From: an uncultured Sphingomonadales bacterium
GTDB taxonomy: Bacteria; Pseudomonadota; Alphaproteobacteria; Sphingomonadales; Sphingomonadaceae
Reading direction: 5' to 3'
NCBI GenBank assembly: GCA_937870585.1
Contig: CALMZE010000007.1
Coordinates: 29,064 to 93,063, forward strand
DNA: 64,000 nt
The notes under the pieces were generated by a model that had not been told where the DNA came from, ran no database searches, and saw nothing but the letters and a program-made list of their open reading frames with translations. A program made the position numbers and the translations under genes. Below, piece by piece: positions 1 through 9,506 of this stretch (position 1 is the stretch's first letter; the number at the start of each line of letters is the position of its first letter).

Positions 1-360
1 CAGCCCATCGGGGAGGTCTTCATCATGGTTGCCCGTAATCCAGCGCAGATCGACGCGGGCAAGCAGCGCATCGAGCCGCGCCCGGATTGCAGGGGCCATC
101 CGCTCCGGCCCGGCGCTGTCATGGAAATTGTCCCCCAGCGCCCAGACTGTGCGGGCTTGGGTCTGCGCCACCAGCGCAATCAGCCGGTCGAGCGTGGCGA
201 GGCTGTCATAGGGCGGCAGCATCTGACCGCGCTCGGCAAACCAGCTGCCCTTTTCCAGATGCAGGTCTGCCACGAGCAGCGCCGATTGCGCGGGCCAGTG
301 GAGCGCAGTGCGGTCAACAATCGTGAAATCCTGCCCGCCAAATTGAAAGCGGGCAGGCGC
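1..360 (-). CDS. pdeM: Ligase-associated DNA damage response endonuclease (metallophosphoesterase), 3'-truncated by window edge; start codon uncertain (CTG 375 or TTG 411)
   Basis: Not in ORF track; manual translation gives ...ALLVADLHLEKGSWFAERGQMLPPYDS...LGDNFHD...WITGNHD, i.e. DxH, GDxxH and GNHD metallophosphoesterase motifs. Confidence 0.85.
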
Positions 361-364
361 AGGC

Positions 365-637
365 TCAGCCCTCAGCGGAATCCCCGCCTTCGCCTTCTGC
401 CTCGGTTTCAAACCAGGCTTCGACCGGGCCGGAGAGCTTGATCGTCAGCGGCTTGCCGCGACGGTCCACCGTCTTGCCCGCCTGAACGCGCACCCAGCCT
501 TCGGAGATGCTGTATTCCTCCACATCGTGGCGGACTTTGTCCTTGAAGCGGATGCCGATGCCGCGACGCAGCACGTCAGCGTTGAAATGGGGGCTGGACG
601 GATCGATCGACAGCCGGTCAGGAATGGTCTCGCTCAT
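365..637 (-). CDS. DUF3297 family protein
   Basis: MSETIPDRLSIDPSSPHFNADVLRRGIGIRFK...VEEYSISEGWVRV resembles DUF3297; start may be 649. Confidence 0.75.
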   Translation of the reverse strand: MSETIPDRLSIDPSSPHFNADVLRRGIGIRFKDKVRHDVEEYSISEGWVRVQAGKTVDRRGKPLTIKLSGPVEAWFETEAEGEGGDSAEG

Positions 638-701
638 GGGCGTGCCCATGCCCGCAATGACGGGAATTTGCCAGAGGAAAAAGCGGCGCTACAAGGCCGC
701 C

Positions 702-1478
702 ATGCACGCACTTCCCCTTTTTGTCCGGTTGAAGGACCGCCCGGTGATCCTGCTGGGCGATGGCGAGGCCGCGCACGCCAAGCGCCGCCTGCTGGAGCGC
801 GCGGGCGCGCGGATCATGGACGAAGAGGCCGAAGCCGCGCTCGCTATCGTTGCACTGGAGGAGGATGCAGCAGCCGAAGCGGCCATTGCCCGGCTCAAGG
901 CGCGGGGCGTGCTGGTCAATGCGGTGGACCGGCCCGCGCATTGCGATTTCACCCTGCCTGCGATCATAGACCGTGCGCCGGTGTTGATTGCCATCGGCAC
1001 CGATGGTGCGTCGGCAGGCTTGGCCAAGACGCTGCGGCAACGGCTGGAGGCATTGCTGCCGCCCACGCTCGGCGCGCTCGCTCTGGCCCTGAAGGCGGCG
1101 CGGGATGCAATGCGTCAGCGCTGGCCCGATGCCCGCACGCGTCGCCATGCGCTTGATGCCGCGCTCGCCGAAGGGGCGTTGCTCGATCCCTTTTCCCCCG
1201 GCGCAGCATCGCATGTGCCTGCGTGGCTGGAGGGTGAAACGGCGGTCAAGCCGGACAGGCTGCTGACACTGACCCTCACCTCCGACGATCCGGACCAGTT
1301 GACACTGGAAGCCGCCCGCCTGCTGGGTCAGGCTGATACAGTGGTCCATGCGGCAGACATCGCCCCGCTCATTCTGGCCCGCGCGCGGGCGGACGCAGTG
1401 CGGATTGCGGCAAACACACTTCCCAATCCCTTGCCCACCGGGCTGACACTCCATCTTGTTCGAGAGGTTTACCGATGA
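702..1478 (+). CDS. cysG: Siroheme synthase N-terminal-type protein (precorrin-2 dehydrogenase/ferrochelatase) with short degenerate methyltransferase-like tail
   Basis: MHALPLFVRLKDRPVILLGDGEAA, VNAVDRPAHCDFTLPAIIDR, IAIGTDGAS motifs; ATG at 702 in track ORF 507..1478. Confidence 0.8.
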   Translation: MHALPLFVRLKDRPVILLGDGEAAHAKRRLLERAGARIMDEEAEAALAIVALEEDAAAEAAIARLKARGVLVNAVDRPAHCDFTLPAIIDRAPVLIAIGTDGASAGLAKTLRQRLEALLPPTLGALALALKAARDAMRQRWPDARTRRHALDAALAEGALLDPFSPGAASHVPAWLEGETAVKPDRLLTLTLTSDDPDQLTLEAARLLGQADTVVHAADIAPLILARARADAVRIAANTLPNPLPTGLTLHLVREVYR

Positions 1479-2449
1479 TCCGTTGTTACCGGATTTGCGA
1501 TGGCGTGCCACAAGCGACCGGCACTGAAGTGGGCGAGCCATGCCCCGGCGGGCTCATCTGGTGCCACGTCAACGGGCAGGAACCCGACGCGCTGGCGTGG
1601 CTCAAGGCCTTGCCGGGAATCCCTGAAATCGCTCGCAACGCCCTGCTCGCGGTTGAAACCCGCCCCCGGTCAGACAGGGTGGGTGATGGTGAGATCGTCA
1701 ATTTGCGCGGCCCCGGTGAAACGCCCGAAGATGATCCTGATGATCTGGTTTCGGTGCGATTCTGGGCAGAGGCAGGCCGTGTGATTTCGCTCGGTTACAA
1801 TGCACCCGCTGCGGTGGAAACCGTCACGCAGGATTTCATGGCGGGGCATATTCTTGATCCCGGCGATCTGCTGACGGCTTTTGCCGCCGCCGTCACCCAC
1901 CCGCTGGATGAGGATGTCGCCAATCTGGGCGATCAGCTGGACGAGATTGAACTGCGGCTGGAGCGCGACCATGCCCGTGCGACAAGGCGGCGCGTCAATG
2001 CGGTACGCGGCAAGGCCATCCGCTATCGCCGCTTTCTGGTGCCGCAACGTGACGCGCTCGAACGGCTCTCCGCCTCAGCACATCAGTGGCTCGACGATCA
2101 CGACCGGCAGCATCTGCGCGATGCGGCAGACCGGTTTGCGCGCATGGCCGAAGAACTGGAGGCCATCCGCGAACGCTCTGCCATCGTCCATGACGCACTG
2201 ACTGACATGCGCGCGGAAATCATCGACGCCCGCGCGCTGATGCTCTCCATCGTCGCGCTGATCTTCCTGCCGCTCACCTTCATCACCGGGCTGCTGGGCA
2301 TGAATGTGGAGGGCATTCCTTATGCAAAGGAGCCCTGGGCCTTCTGGGGCGTGGTGGGCTTTTGCACGGCCATTGGTCTGGGCGTACTCGGCTGGTTCGT
2401 GGCGCGGCACTGGATTGCTGTGCGCGGGGCTGATGATGGGTTGGATTGA
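1475..2449 (+). CDS. CorA/ZntB family divalent metal transporter
   Basis: C-terminal TM pair with FLPLTFITGLLGMN (GMN signature). Confidence 0.9.
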   Translation: MIRCYRICDGVPQATGTEVGEPCPGGLIWCHVNGQEPDALAWLKALPGIPEIARNALLAVETRPRSDRVGDGEIVNLRGPGETPEDDPDDLVSVRFWAEAGRVISLGYNAPAAVETVTQDFMAGHILDPGDLLTAFAAAVTHPLDEDVANLGDQLDEIELRLERDHARATRRRVNAVRGKAIRYRRFLVPQRDALERLSASAHQWLDDHDRQHLRDAADRFARMAEELEAIRERSAIVHDALTDMRAEIIDARALMLSIVALIFLPLTFITGLLGMNVEGIPYAKEPWAFWGVVGFCTAIGLGVLGWFVARHWIAVRGADDGLD

Positions 2450-2457
2450 CAAACGCG

Positions 2458-2536
2458 CGTCGCCCCCGCGCAGGCGGGGCCGGTTTGAGGTGTGGGGCTA
2501 TGTCAGGAAAGCGGCCCCCGCCTGCGCGGGGGCGAC
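2458..2536. repeat. Inverted pair of REP-like palindromes
   Basis: GTCGCCCCCGCGCAGGCGGGGCCG (2459-2482) and reverse-complement copy CGGCCCCCGCCTGCGCGGGGGCGAC (2512-2536) between convergent genes. Confidence 0.7.
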
Positions 2537-2551
2537 ACCATATCTGGAAGC

Positions 2552-3547
2552 TTACCCCAGCTTGGCCGCCACAAGCGCCTTCAGATCATGCTCAGGACGC
2601 GGGCCATAGTGCGAGATGATCTCCGCCGCACAGATCGCGCCCATGCGCAGGCTGTCCGTCACCGAACGGCCCTGCGCCTGCCCCGCAAGAAAGCCCGCCG
2701 CAAACAGATCGCCCGCACCTGTGGTGTCCACCACGGCTTCAATCGGCTCGGCGGCAACTTCATGGCGTTCGCCGTTGGCAATCGCAATTGCGCCCTTTTC
2801 ACTCTTCGTCACGACCAGAACCGGCACTTGGGGCGCGATCTTGGCGACGGCGGCTTCGAAATCCTCAACCTCTGCAATCGCAGAGATTTCATGTTCGTTG
2901 GCGAACAGGATATCGATGTCTCCATTGGCCAGCAGCGCGCGGAAATCGTCACCATGGCGCGCGATCACGAAATTGTCTGACAGAGTGAAGGCCACCTTCC
3001 GGCCCGCCTTCTTCGCCACGTCAATCGCGGTGCACATGGCAGCGCGCGGCTGTTCCGGATCCCACAGATAGCCTTCAAGATAGAGGACCGCAGCCGATTC
3101 GATCTTCGCCACATCCAGAGCAGCAGCAGGCAGGAATTGCGAAGCGCCGAGGAATGTGTTCATCGTGCGCTGCCCGTCAGGCGTCACGAAGATCAGGCAT
3201 TGCGCGGTCGGCGGTTCACCTTCGCGGGCCGGGGTTTCAAAATCGACGCCAATCGCGCGAATGTCATGCGCGAACACCTGACCGAACTGGTCATTGGCGA
3301 CCTGACCGATGAACCCGCACTTGCAGCCCAAAGCGGCCATGCCCGCAATCGTGTTCGCCGCAGAACCGCCGCTGGCTTCAACCGCAGACCCCATCTTGCC
3401 ATAAAGCGCGGCCGCGCCTTCGGCATCGACCAGCTGCATCCCGCCCTTAGTCAGCGCCAGTTCAGCGATCTGCGCGTCTTCTGCGGGCGCGAGAATATCA
3501 ACAATGGCGTTACCGATGGCGATGATGTCGAGCGTGGGCTGGGTCAC
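2552..3547 (-). CDS. PfkB family kinase (adenosine kinase-like)
   Basis: GGSAANT and DTTGAGDLFAAG PfkB signatures. Confidence 0.9.
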   Translation of the reverse strand: MTQPTLDIIAIGNAIVDILAPAEDAQIAELALTKGGMQLVDAEGAAALYGKMGSAVEASGGSAANTIAGMAALGCKCGFIGQVANDQFGQVFAHDIRAIGVDFETPAREGEPPTAQCLIFVTPDGQRTMNTFLGASQFLPAAALDVAKIESAAVLYLEGYLWDPEQPRAAMCTAIDVAKKAGRKVAFTLSDNFVIARHGDDFRALLANGDIDILFANEHEISAIAEVEDFEAAVAKIAPQVPVLVVTKSEKGAIAIANGERHEVAAEPIEAVVDTTGAGDLFAAGFLAGQAQGRSVTDSLRMGAICAAEIISHYGPRPEHDLKALVAAKLG

Positions 3548-3652
3548 GGAATATCCTTTGCGTCAAAGTCGCGCCCCGGTAGCGGCGGGCGGCCCCGTGC
3601 GCAAGGGCGGCGCGATTGACAGACCGGTCCGCAGGCGGGCAGGAACCGCCTC

Positions 3653-4351
3653 ATGCTGCTGACCGCCCTTTCGCTGAGCTTTGCCCAATTGGGGGATCGC
3701 CGCATCGTGGGCGTCTTCGCCAAATCCATGCTCATCACGCTGCTGGCGTGCGTCGCCTTGTGGGTGGCGCTGGCGCAAAGCGTTTTGAGTCTCACGCAGG
3801 GCTGGGCCGCTCAGTTTGGGGAAGGCGCAGTGCTGGTGGATGTGATCGTCTGGCTGCTGAGCTTCGCGCTCGCCATGCTCGCCTTCCGCGCCATTGCCAT
3901 GCCCGTCACAGGTCTTTTCGGCGACGAAGTGGTGGCCGCGATTGAAGAGCGGCACTATCCGCAGGCGAGCGAACGGGCCGTGCGTGCGCCGCTCTCAGTC
4001 TCGGTGCGCCTCGGCCTCGCCTCGCTGGCGCGGGTGGTGCTGATCAACCTTCTTGCCCTGCCCTTCTATCTGTTCCTGATCTTCACAGCGATAGGCCCGC
4101 TCATCCTGTTTGTGGGCGTCAACGCCGTTCTACTGGGCCGCGATCTGGCGGAGATGGTGGCCGTGCGGCATCTCGATGGCCCCGCGCGCCGCCAATGGCT
4201 GCGCAACAACCGGCTGGATTATGCGCTGCTGGGGCTGGCGGTCACCGGGCTGTTTCTGGTGCCCTTCCTCAATCTGATCGCCCCCATATTGGGCGCAGCA
4301 GCGGCGACCCATTTATTCCATAAACGCGGCATCGGAGGCGCACAGGCATGA
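3653..4351 (+). CDS. EI24/CysZ-like membrane protein
   Basis: Multi-TM protein with FGDEVVAAIEERHYP and LVPFLNLIAPILGAAAATH. Confidence 0.7.
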   Translation: MLLTALSLSFAQLGDRRIVGVFAKSMLITLLACVALWVALAQSVLSLTQGWAAQFGEGAVLVDVIVWLLSFALAMLAFRAIAMPVTGLFGDEVVAAIEERHYPQASERAVRAPLSVSVRLGLASLARVVLINLLALPFYLFLIFTAIGPLILFVGVNAVLLGRDLAEMVAVRHLDGPARRQWLRNNRLDYALLGLAVTGLFLVPFLNLIAPILGAAAATHLFHKRGIGGAQA

Positions 4352-4731
4352 AGCAGGCTTTGAACGGGCTGGCGCTGGTCGCGCTGCTGCTGGCCCCTGC
4401 GGGCATGGCGGAGGCGCGCAAGAAAAAGAAGGATGTGGACGCCGGGTTCGTGCCGGGGCCGCCCGTCTCAACGCACGCAGCCTCTGGTGTGGAGCGCGTC
4501 ATGGGCAAGGATGCCCGCACGGTGATGGCCTATCTCGGCCGCCCGGTGCTGGATGTGCGTGAAGACGCAGCGCGCAAGCTGCAATTCTCTAATCGCGAAT
4601 GCATATTGGACGCCTTCCTCTATCCGCCGTCGCCCGGCAAGGAGCCGGTCGTGACCTTTGTGACCGCGCGCGTGCCTGATGGTCGCGATGCAGAGAAGAA
4701 CAGCTGCATCGTGGCGCTCAGCCGGGGCTGA
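4348..4731 (+). CDS. Exported hypothetical protein
   Basis: Signal-peptide-like N-terminus; 4-nt overlap with upstream gene. Confidence 0.65.
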   Translation: MKQALNGLALVALLLAPAGMAEARKKKKDVDAGFVPGPPVSTHAASGVERVMGKDARTVMAYLGRPVLDVREDAARKLQFSNRECILDAFLYPPSPGKEPVVTFVTARVPDGRDAEKNSCIVALSRG

Positions 4732-5761
4732 GGCGCGCCACGGCCCAGCGCGCGGCGTCTGCCACGGCCGCATCATCGTCTTCGGTCAAACGCATCAGAA
4801 CCGGTAACAGCGCTGCATCCCCGCTATTTCCTGCCGCAATTGCCGCATTGCGCACCATGCGGTTGCGCCCGATTCGCTTGATGGGAGAGCCTGAAAAGAC
4901 GCGCCGAAAGCCCGGATCGTCGAGCGCGAGCAAATCACCAAGCGACGGAGCCACCAGTTCAGCGCGCGGCAGAAACGCTCGGTGCGCCTGCGCGGCGTGC
5001 GCGAATTTGTTCCATGGGCAAGCCGCCAGACAATCATCACAGCCATAAATGCGGTTGCCCATCGCCGCGCGAAATTCCTCTGGAATCGGCCCGGCATGTT
5101 CGATGGTGAGATAGGAAATGCAGCGCCGCGCATCGACCCGGTAAGGCGCGGGGAAGGCATCAGTCGGGCACGCTGTCTGGCAAGCGGTGCAACGGCCGCA
5201 ATGGTCCGCTTCGGGCGCGTCCTCCGGCAAGTCCAGCGTCGTCATGATCGCGCCCAGGAACAGCCAGCTGCCATGAGACCGGCTCACCAGATTGCTGTGC
5301 TTGCCCTGCCAGCCCAGTCCTGCCTGCTGGCCAAGCGGCTTTTCCATTACGGGTGCTGTATCCACGAACACCTTCAGTTCACAGCCCGTCCGCTCGACCA
5401 GCCAGCGCGCGAGCGCCTTCAGCGCCTTTTTGACGACATCATGATAATCCTGCCCCTGCGCATAGACCGAGATGCGGCCCCGGCTGCGCGCGGCGGCGAG
5501 TGCACGGGGATCGTGCGCAGGCGCATAGCTCATTCCCAGCATGATGACGCTGCGCGCCTCTGGCCAGAGCGCCTGTGGGCCGCGCCTTTGCTCTGCGCGC
5601 GCTTCCATCCAGCCCATGTCTCCATGGCAGCCCTTTTCAAGCCAGCCAGAGAGCCGCGCGCCGAAATCATGGCCTGCCCGCGTGATCCCGCATGTCGCAA
5701 AACCCAGACGCGTCGCTTCGGCCTTTAGTGCTTTGGCAAGACTGTTGTTGTTATCGGGCAT
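4718..5761 (-). CDS. queG: tRNA epoxyqueuosine(34) reductase
   Basis: [29 protein letters not shown] and [12 protein letters not shown] 4Fe-4S motifs. Confidence 0.95.
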   Translation of the reverse strand: MPDNNNSLAKALKAEATRLGFATCGITRAGHDFGARLSGWLEKGCHGDMGWMEARAEQRRGPQALWPEARSVIMLGMSYAPAHDPRALAAARSRGRISVYAQGQDYHDVVKKALKALARWLVERTGCELKVFVDTAPVMEKPLGQQAGLGWQGKHSNLVSRSHGSWLFLGAIMTTLDLPEDAPEADHCGRCTACQTACPTDAFPAPYRVDARRCISYLTIEHAGPIPEEFRAAMGNRIYGCDDCLAACPWNKFAHAAQAHRAFLPRAELVAPSLGDLLALDDPGFRRVFSGSPIKRIGRNRMVRNAAIAAGNSGDAALLPVLMRLTEDDDAAVADAARWAVARLSPG

Positions 5762-5775
5762 AGGCCCCCGCTACC

Positions 5776-6723
5776 ATGCAGCCCGGCAAAAGGACAATCG
5801 GCGTGCCCAGCGACTTTCCCGTTCAGGCGGACAATCTGGTGAAGAGCTTCGGAAAGGCACGTGCCGTGAACGGTGTCAGTCTCGCCGTGCCGCAGGGCAT
5901 GATCTATGGCGTGCTCGGCCCCAATGGTGCGGGCAAGACGACAACGCTACGTATGTTGCTCGGGATCATCGATCCCGATAGCGGCACGCGGAGCCTGCTT
6001 GGGTGCAGCCACCCGCGCGACGCCAGCGACCGCGTGGGCTATCTGCCCGAAGAGCGCGGGCTCTATCCCAATATGACTGCGCAGGATGCGATTGCCTTCA
6101 TGGGCGCGCTGCGCGGGCTGGACTGGAAGACGGGGCAAGCGCGCGGCGCGGTGATGATGGAAGCCGCAGGTTTGGGCCATGCCATCACGCGCAAGATCAA
6201 GCAGATGTCCAAAGGTATGGCGCAATTGGTGCAATTGCTCGGATCACTCGTGCATCAGCCCGAACTGATCGTGCTGGACGAGCCATTTTCCGGACTCGAT
6301 CCGATCAACCAGCAGCATCTTGAAGCGCTGGTGCGTGGCGAGCGGGACCGGGGGGCGACAATCCTTTTTTCCACGCACGTCATGAGCCATGCTGAACGGC
6401 TGTGCGACCGGCTTGCAATCATCGCAGGCGGAGAGCGCCGCTTTGAAGGCACTGTGGCCGAAGCGCGGGGCACGCTGGCCCTGCGCGCACATTATGTGCC
6501 GTGCGCGCGGAGTGACGAAGCCCGGGCGCTGCTGCCTGCCGATGCCGTGCGCGAGGGCGAGGCGTGGCTGTTCACCGTGCCACCAGAAGGGCCGGAAGGA
6601 CTCGTTACACGGCTGATCAGCGCAGGACACGGCATTGCCGGGCTGACCATAGAACGCCCCGGCCTGCATGAAGCCTTTGTGAGGATTGTGGGCGAAGCCC
6701 GCGCACAGGGAGACGCCGCATGA
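5776..6723 (+). CDS. ABC transporter ATP-binding protein (ABC-2/NatA-like)
   Basis: Walker A GPNGAGKTT, signature MSKGMAQ, Walker B IVLDEPF; start may be slightly downstream. Confidence 0.9.
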   Translation: MQPGKRTIGVPSDFPVQADNLVKSFGKARAVNGVSLAVPQGMIYGVLGPNGAGKTTTLRMLLGIIDPDSGTRSLLGCSHPRDASDRVGYLPEERGLYPNMTAQDAIAFMGALRGLDWKTGQARGAVMMEAAGLGHAITRKIKQMSKGMAQLVQLLGSLVHQPELIVLDEPFSGLDPINQQHLEALVRGERDRGATILFSTHVMSHAERLCDRLAIIAGGERRFEGTVAEARGTLALRAHYVPCARSDEARALLPADAVREGEAWLFTVPPEGPEGLVTRLISAGHGIAGLTIERPGLHEAFVRIVGEARAQGDAA

Positions 6724-7925
6724 CCCGCTTCTTCCGGCAAGGAGCCGTGATCGCCCGGCGCGATTTTCTGGCGGTGGTAAAAACGCCAACCTTCCTCCTC
6801 TTCCTGCTGGCCCCGGTGTTCATGCTGATGTTCGGCTGGCTGGGCGGCTCTGGCGCATCGCAAGTGGCTGAGGGCGCGAGCAGCCTCTCGCGCATCGCCG
6901 TCATTGCCTCAGACCGCGATGCCGACGGCCTGCGCACGGCCGACAACCGGATGCGCGATTATGGAGATGCGCCGCGCCTGATGGTGGTTCCCGCCGGACC
7001 AGACCCGATGGAACAGGCCAAGACCCTGCTTGAAACGCCCGGCGCAGACTATCTGGCCGTCATGTATGGTCCGCTCGAAGAACCGGTGATCCAGCACGAA
7101 GAAAGTTCGTTGAAGGCCGCTATATGGTTGCAGGGCGTGGCCGATCAGGTGCTGCTCTCTCGCCGGCGCGGCCCGCCCGACACGCTCTCTCGCCCCGCTT
7201 TCCAGCCTCTGAAAGCTCAGCGCGCAGGCGTGGGGATGCAACGCCAGACTGGCTATGTTGCGGTGGTCACGGTGTTCATGCTTACGCTGTTGCTTGCCGG
7301 GCAGGCCGTGGGAATGCTGGCCGAAGAGAAATCGAACAAGGTGATCGAAATCCTCGCCGCCGCCGTGCCGTTGGAGGCCGTATTCCTTGGCAAGTTGGTC
7401 GGCATGTTCGGCGTCGCTTTGCTGTTCGTCGCCTTTTGGAGTGGGCTTTTGAGCGGTATAATGCTGCTCGTACCCGGCACGGGCGATGAACTGGCGGCGC
7501 TGGCGCCTGCTATTGGCTTGCCAGCCTTTCTGGTCCTTGGCGCGCTCTATTTCACCATGGCCTATATGCTGCTCGGCGCTGTGTTCCTCGGTATTGGCGG
7601 ATTGGCGGCGACGGTGCGTGACATCCAGATGCTGTCCTTCCCCGTCACCATCCTGCAAATGGCCATGTTCGGTCTGGCAACGGTTGCAGCAGGCCAGCCG
7701 CAAACCAGCATGGCGCGTTTTGCCGAAATCTTCCCGCTCAGTTCACCCTATGCGATGGCCGCTCGCGGTGCGCATGACCCCTCGCTCACGCCGCATCTTC
7801 TGGCGCTGGCGTGGCAGAGTCTGTGGGTGGCCATCATCATCTGGATCGCGGCGCGCCTGTTCCGGCACGGCGTTCTGCGGTCAGGTGGAGGCCTGTTTGC
7901 GATGATTGGCCGCAAAGCTCGTTGA
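6720..7925 (+). CDS. ABC-2 type permease (NatB-like)
   Basis: AEEKSNKVIEIL motif, multiple TMs, 4-nt overlap with ATPase. Confidence 0.88.
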   Translation: MTRFFRQGAVIARRDFLAVVKTPTFLLFLLAPVFMLMFGWLGGSGASQVAEGASSLSRIAVIASDRDADGLRTADNRMRDYGDAPRLMVVPAGPDPMEQAKTLLETPGADYLAVMYGPLEEPVIQHEESSLKAAIWLQGVADQVLLSRRRGPPDTLSRPAFQPLKAQRAGVGMQRQTGYVAVVTVFMLTLLLAGQAVGMLAEEKSNKVIEILAAAVPLEAVFLGKLVGMFGVALLFVAFWSGLLSGIMLLVPGTGDELAALAPAIGLPAFLVLGALYFTMAYMLLGAVFLGIGGLAATVRDIQMLSFPVTILQMAMFGLATVAAGQPQTSMARFAEIFPLSSPYAMAARGAHDPSLTPHLLALAWQSLWVAIIIWIAARLFRHGVLRSGGGLFAMIGRKAR

Positions 7926-7937
7926 CATTTGTGTCAA
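7922..7937. promoter_or_regulatory. Palindrome upstream of P450 (possible operator or -35)
   Basis: TTGACA-TTTG-TGTCAA perfect 6-4-6 inverted repeat. Confidence 0.35.
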
Positions 7938-7982
7938 TAGTAGCATTCTGCAACCTGATAGAGTTGGAGAGGATGATTCTGC

Positions 7983-9254
7983 ATGGCCACTGTTCTTGAA
8001 CCGTCTGCCCCGGAAGCTGAGGCGCGCCCGGTCGATCCACTGGATGTAACGCGCACTGAACTCTGGGAGAATGACACTTGGCAGGAGCCGTTCCGCCAGT
8101 TGCGGGCGGAAGATCCGATCCATTACACGCCCGAATCGCGCTTTGGGGCTTATTGGTCGGTCTCCACCTATCAACCGATCCAGCATATCGAGGGCAATCC
8201 CGAACTCTTTTCCTCCAGCTGGGAAGTGGGCGGCATTACCGTTGCCGGGGATGGCATCGAGCATCTGGAAGAAGGCGACATGGCCATGCCCATGTTCATC
8301 GCCATGGATGCCCCGCAACATACGGCACAGCGCAAGACCGTCGCTCCGGCCTTCGGCCCGACGGACGTGCTGCGGATGCGTGATGAAACCATCAAGCGCA
8401 CAAGCGATGTGCTCGACAGCCTGCCCATCGGACAGGCGTTTGACTGGGTGGATAAGGTTTCGATGGAACTGACCACGCAGATGCTGGCTACCTTGTTCGA
8501 TTTTCCTTGGGAAGAACGCCGCAAGCTGACCCGTTGGTCGGATGTTCTGGGCGACATCGAGATGTTTGGTGATCGCGAGAAGCGTGATTTCCGTCTCAAG
8601 ACCGCGTTTGAAATGGGTGCGGCATTCAAGACGCTTTGGGAGGAAAAGGCCAGAAATCCGGGGCAGCATGACCTGATTTCGATCATGCTCCAATCCGATG
8701 CGATGAGCCATATGAGCGAAGGCGAGTTTCTGGGGAATTTGATCCTGCTCATCATCGGCGGCAATGACACAACGCGCAATTCCATGTCGGCTTATGCTTA
8801 TGGTCTTGAGCAGTTCCCCGATCAGCGCACGCGACTGGAACAGGATCACAGCCCTGAGCTGGCGATCAATGCGATGCACGAAATCCTGCGCTGGCAGACG
8901 CCACTCGCGCATATGCGCCGCACCGCGACGCAGGATACAGAATTGTTCGGCAAGCAGATCAAAAAGCGCGACAAATTGGCGCTGTGGTATGTTTCGGGTA
9001 ACCGGGATGAAAGCGTGTTCCAGAATGCCGACCAGATCATCGTCGATCGTGAAAATGCCCGCCGCCACCTTGCGTTCGGCTATGGCATCCACCGCTGCGC
9101 CGGTGCCCGCGTTGCCGAATTGCAGCTGACCACGCTGATCGCGGAAATGCAGAAGCGCCGCCTGCGCGTGCATGTGAAGGACGCGCCGGTGCGCGTACCG
9201 GGCTGCTTCGTTCATGGCTACAAGAAGCTGATGGTGGAATTGGAACGCTACTGA
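7983..9254 (+). CDS. Cytochrome P450, CYP153-like
   Basis: I-helix LLIIGGNDTT, EILR (ExxR), heme motif FGYGIHRCAG. Confidence 0.9.
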   Translation: MATVLEPSAPEAEARPVDPLDVTRTELWENDTWQEPFRQLRAEDPIHYTPESRFGAYWSVSTYQPIQHIEGNPELFSSSWEVGGITVAGDGIEHLEEGDMAMPMFIAMDAPQHTAQRKTVAPAFGPTDVLRMRDETIKRTSDVLDSLPIGQAFDWVDKVSMELTTQMLATLFDFPWEERRKLTRWSDVLGDIEMFGDREKRDFRLKTAFEMGAAFKTLWEEKARNPGQHDLISIMLQSDAMSHMSEGEFLGNLILLIIGGNDTTRNSMSAYAYGLEQFPDQRTRLEQDHSPELAINAMHEILRWQTPLAHMRRTATQDTELFGKQIKKRDKLALWYVSGNRDESVFQNADQIIVDRENARRHLAFGYGIHRCAGARVAELQLTTLIAEMQKRRLRVHVKDAPVRVPGCFVHGYKKLMVELERY

Positions 9255-9273
9255 GTTCAGTGATCCGCTGCGG

Positions 9274-9301
9274 AAAAGGCCGGGTTTTCCCGGCCTTTTT
9301 T
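9274..9301 (+). terminator. Intrinsic terminator of P450 gene
   Basis: AAAAGGCCGGG-TTTT-CCCGGCC-TTTTTT. Confidence 0.85.
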
Positions 9302-9326
9302 GTGAACGCAGCTGAACCCTCAGCGC

Positions 9327-9396
9327 AAAAAAGAGGCCGGTCGTTGCCGACCGGCCTGTATAAGTTTGATAGGAGAGGATGCCTGAAAGGCAGTTT
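9327..9396 (-). ncRNA. suhB: SuhB-like small RNA (5' end approximate)
   Basis: Minus strand: hairpin TGCCT-TTC-AGGCA, single-stranded TCCTCTCCT, terminator AGGCCGGTCG-GCAA-CGACCGGCCT followed by a T tract; divergent from a LysR gene. Confidence 0.7.
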
Positions 9397-9446
9397 CTTT
9401 TTGCGCTGCGGTGTAATGTTTCGCAAGTGCGAAATAAAAAATCACG

Positions 9447-9463
9447 ATTGCAATTTTTGCAAT
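9447..9463. promoter_or_regulatory. LysR-type binding box
   Basis: ATTGCAA-TTT-TTGCAAT perfect inverted repeat containing T-N11-A between sRNA and LysR start. Confidence 0.65.
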
Positions 9464-9506
9464 CAATTGGCAAGCAGCCATTCAGTTTGCTCAAGGAGCT
9501 TGTCCT

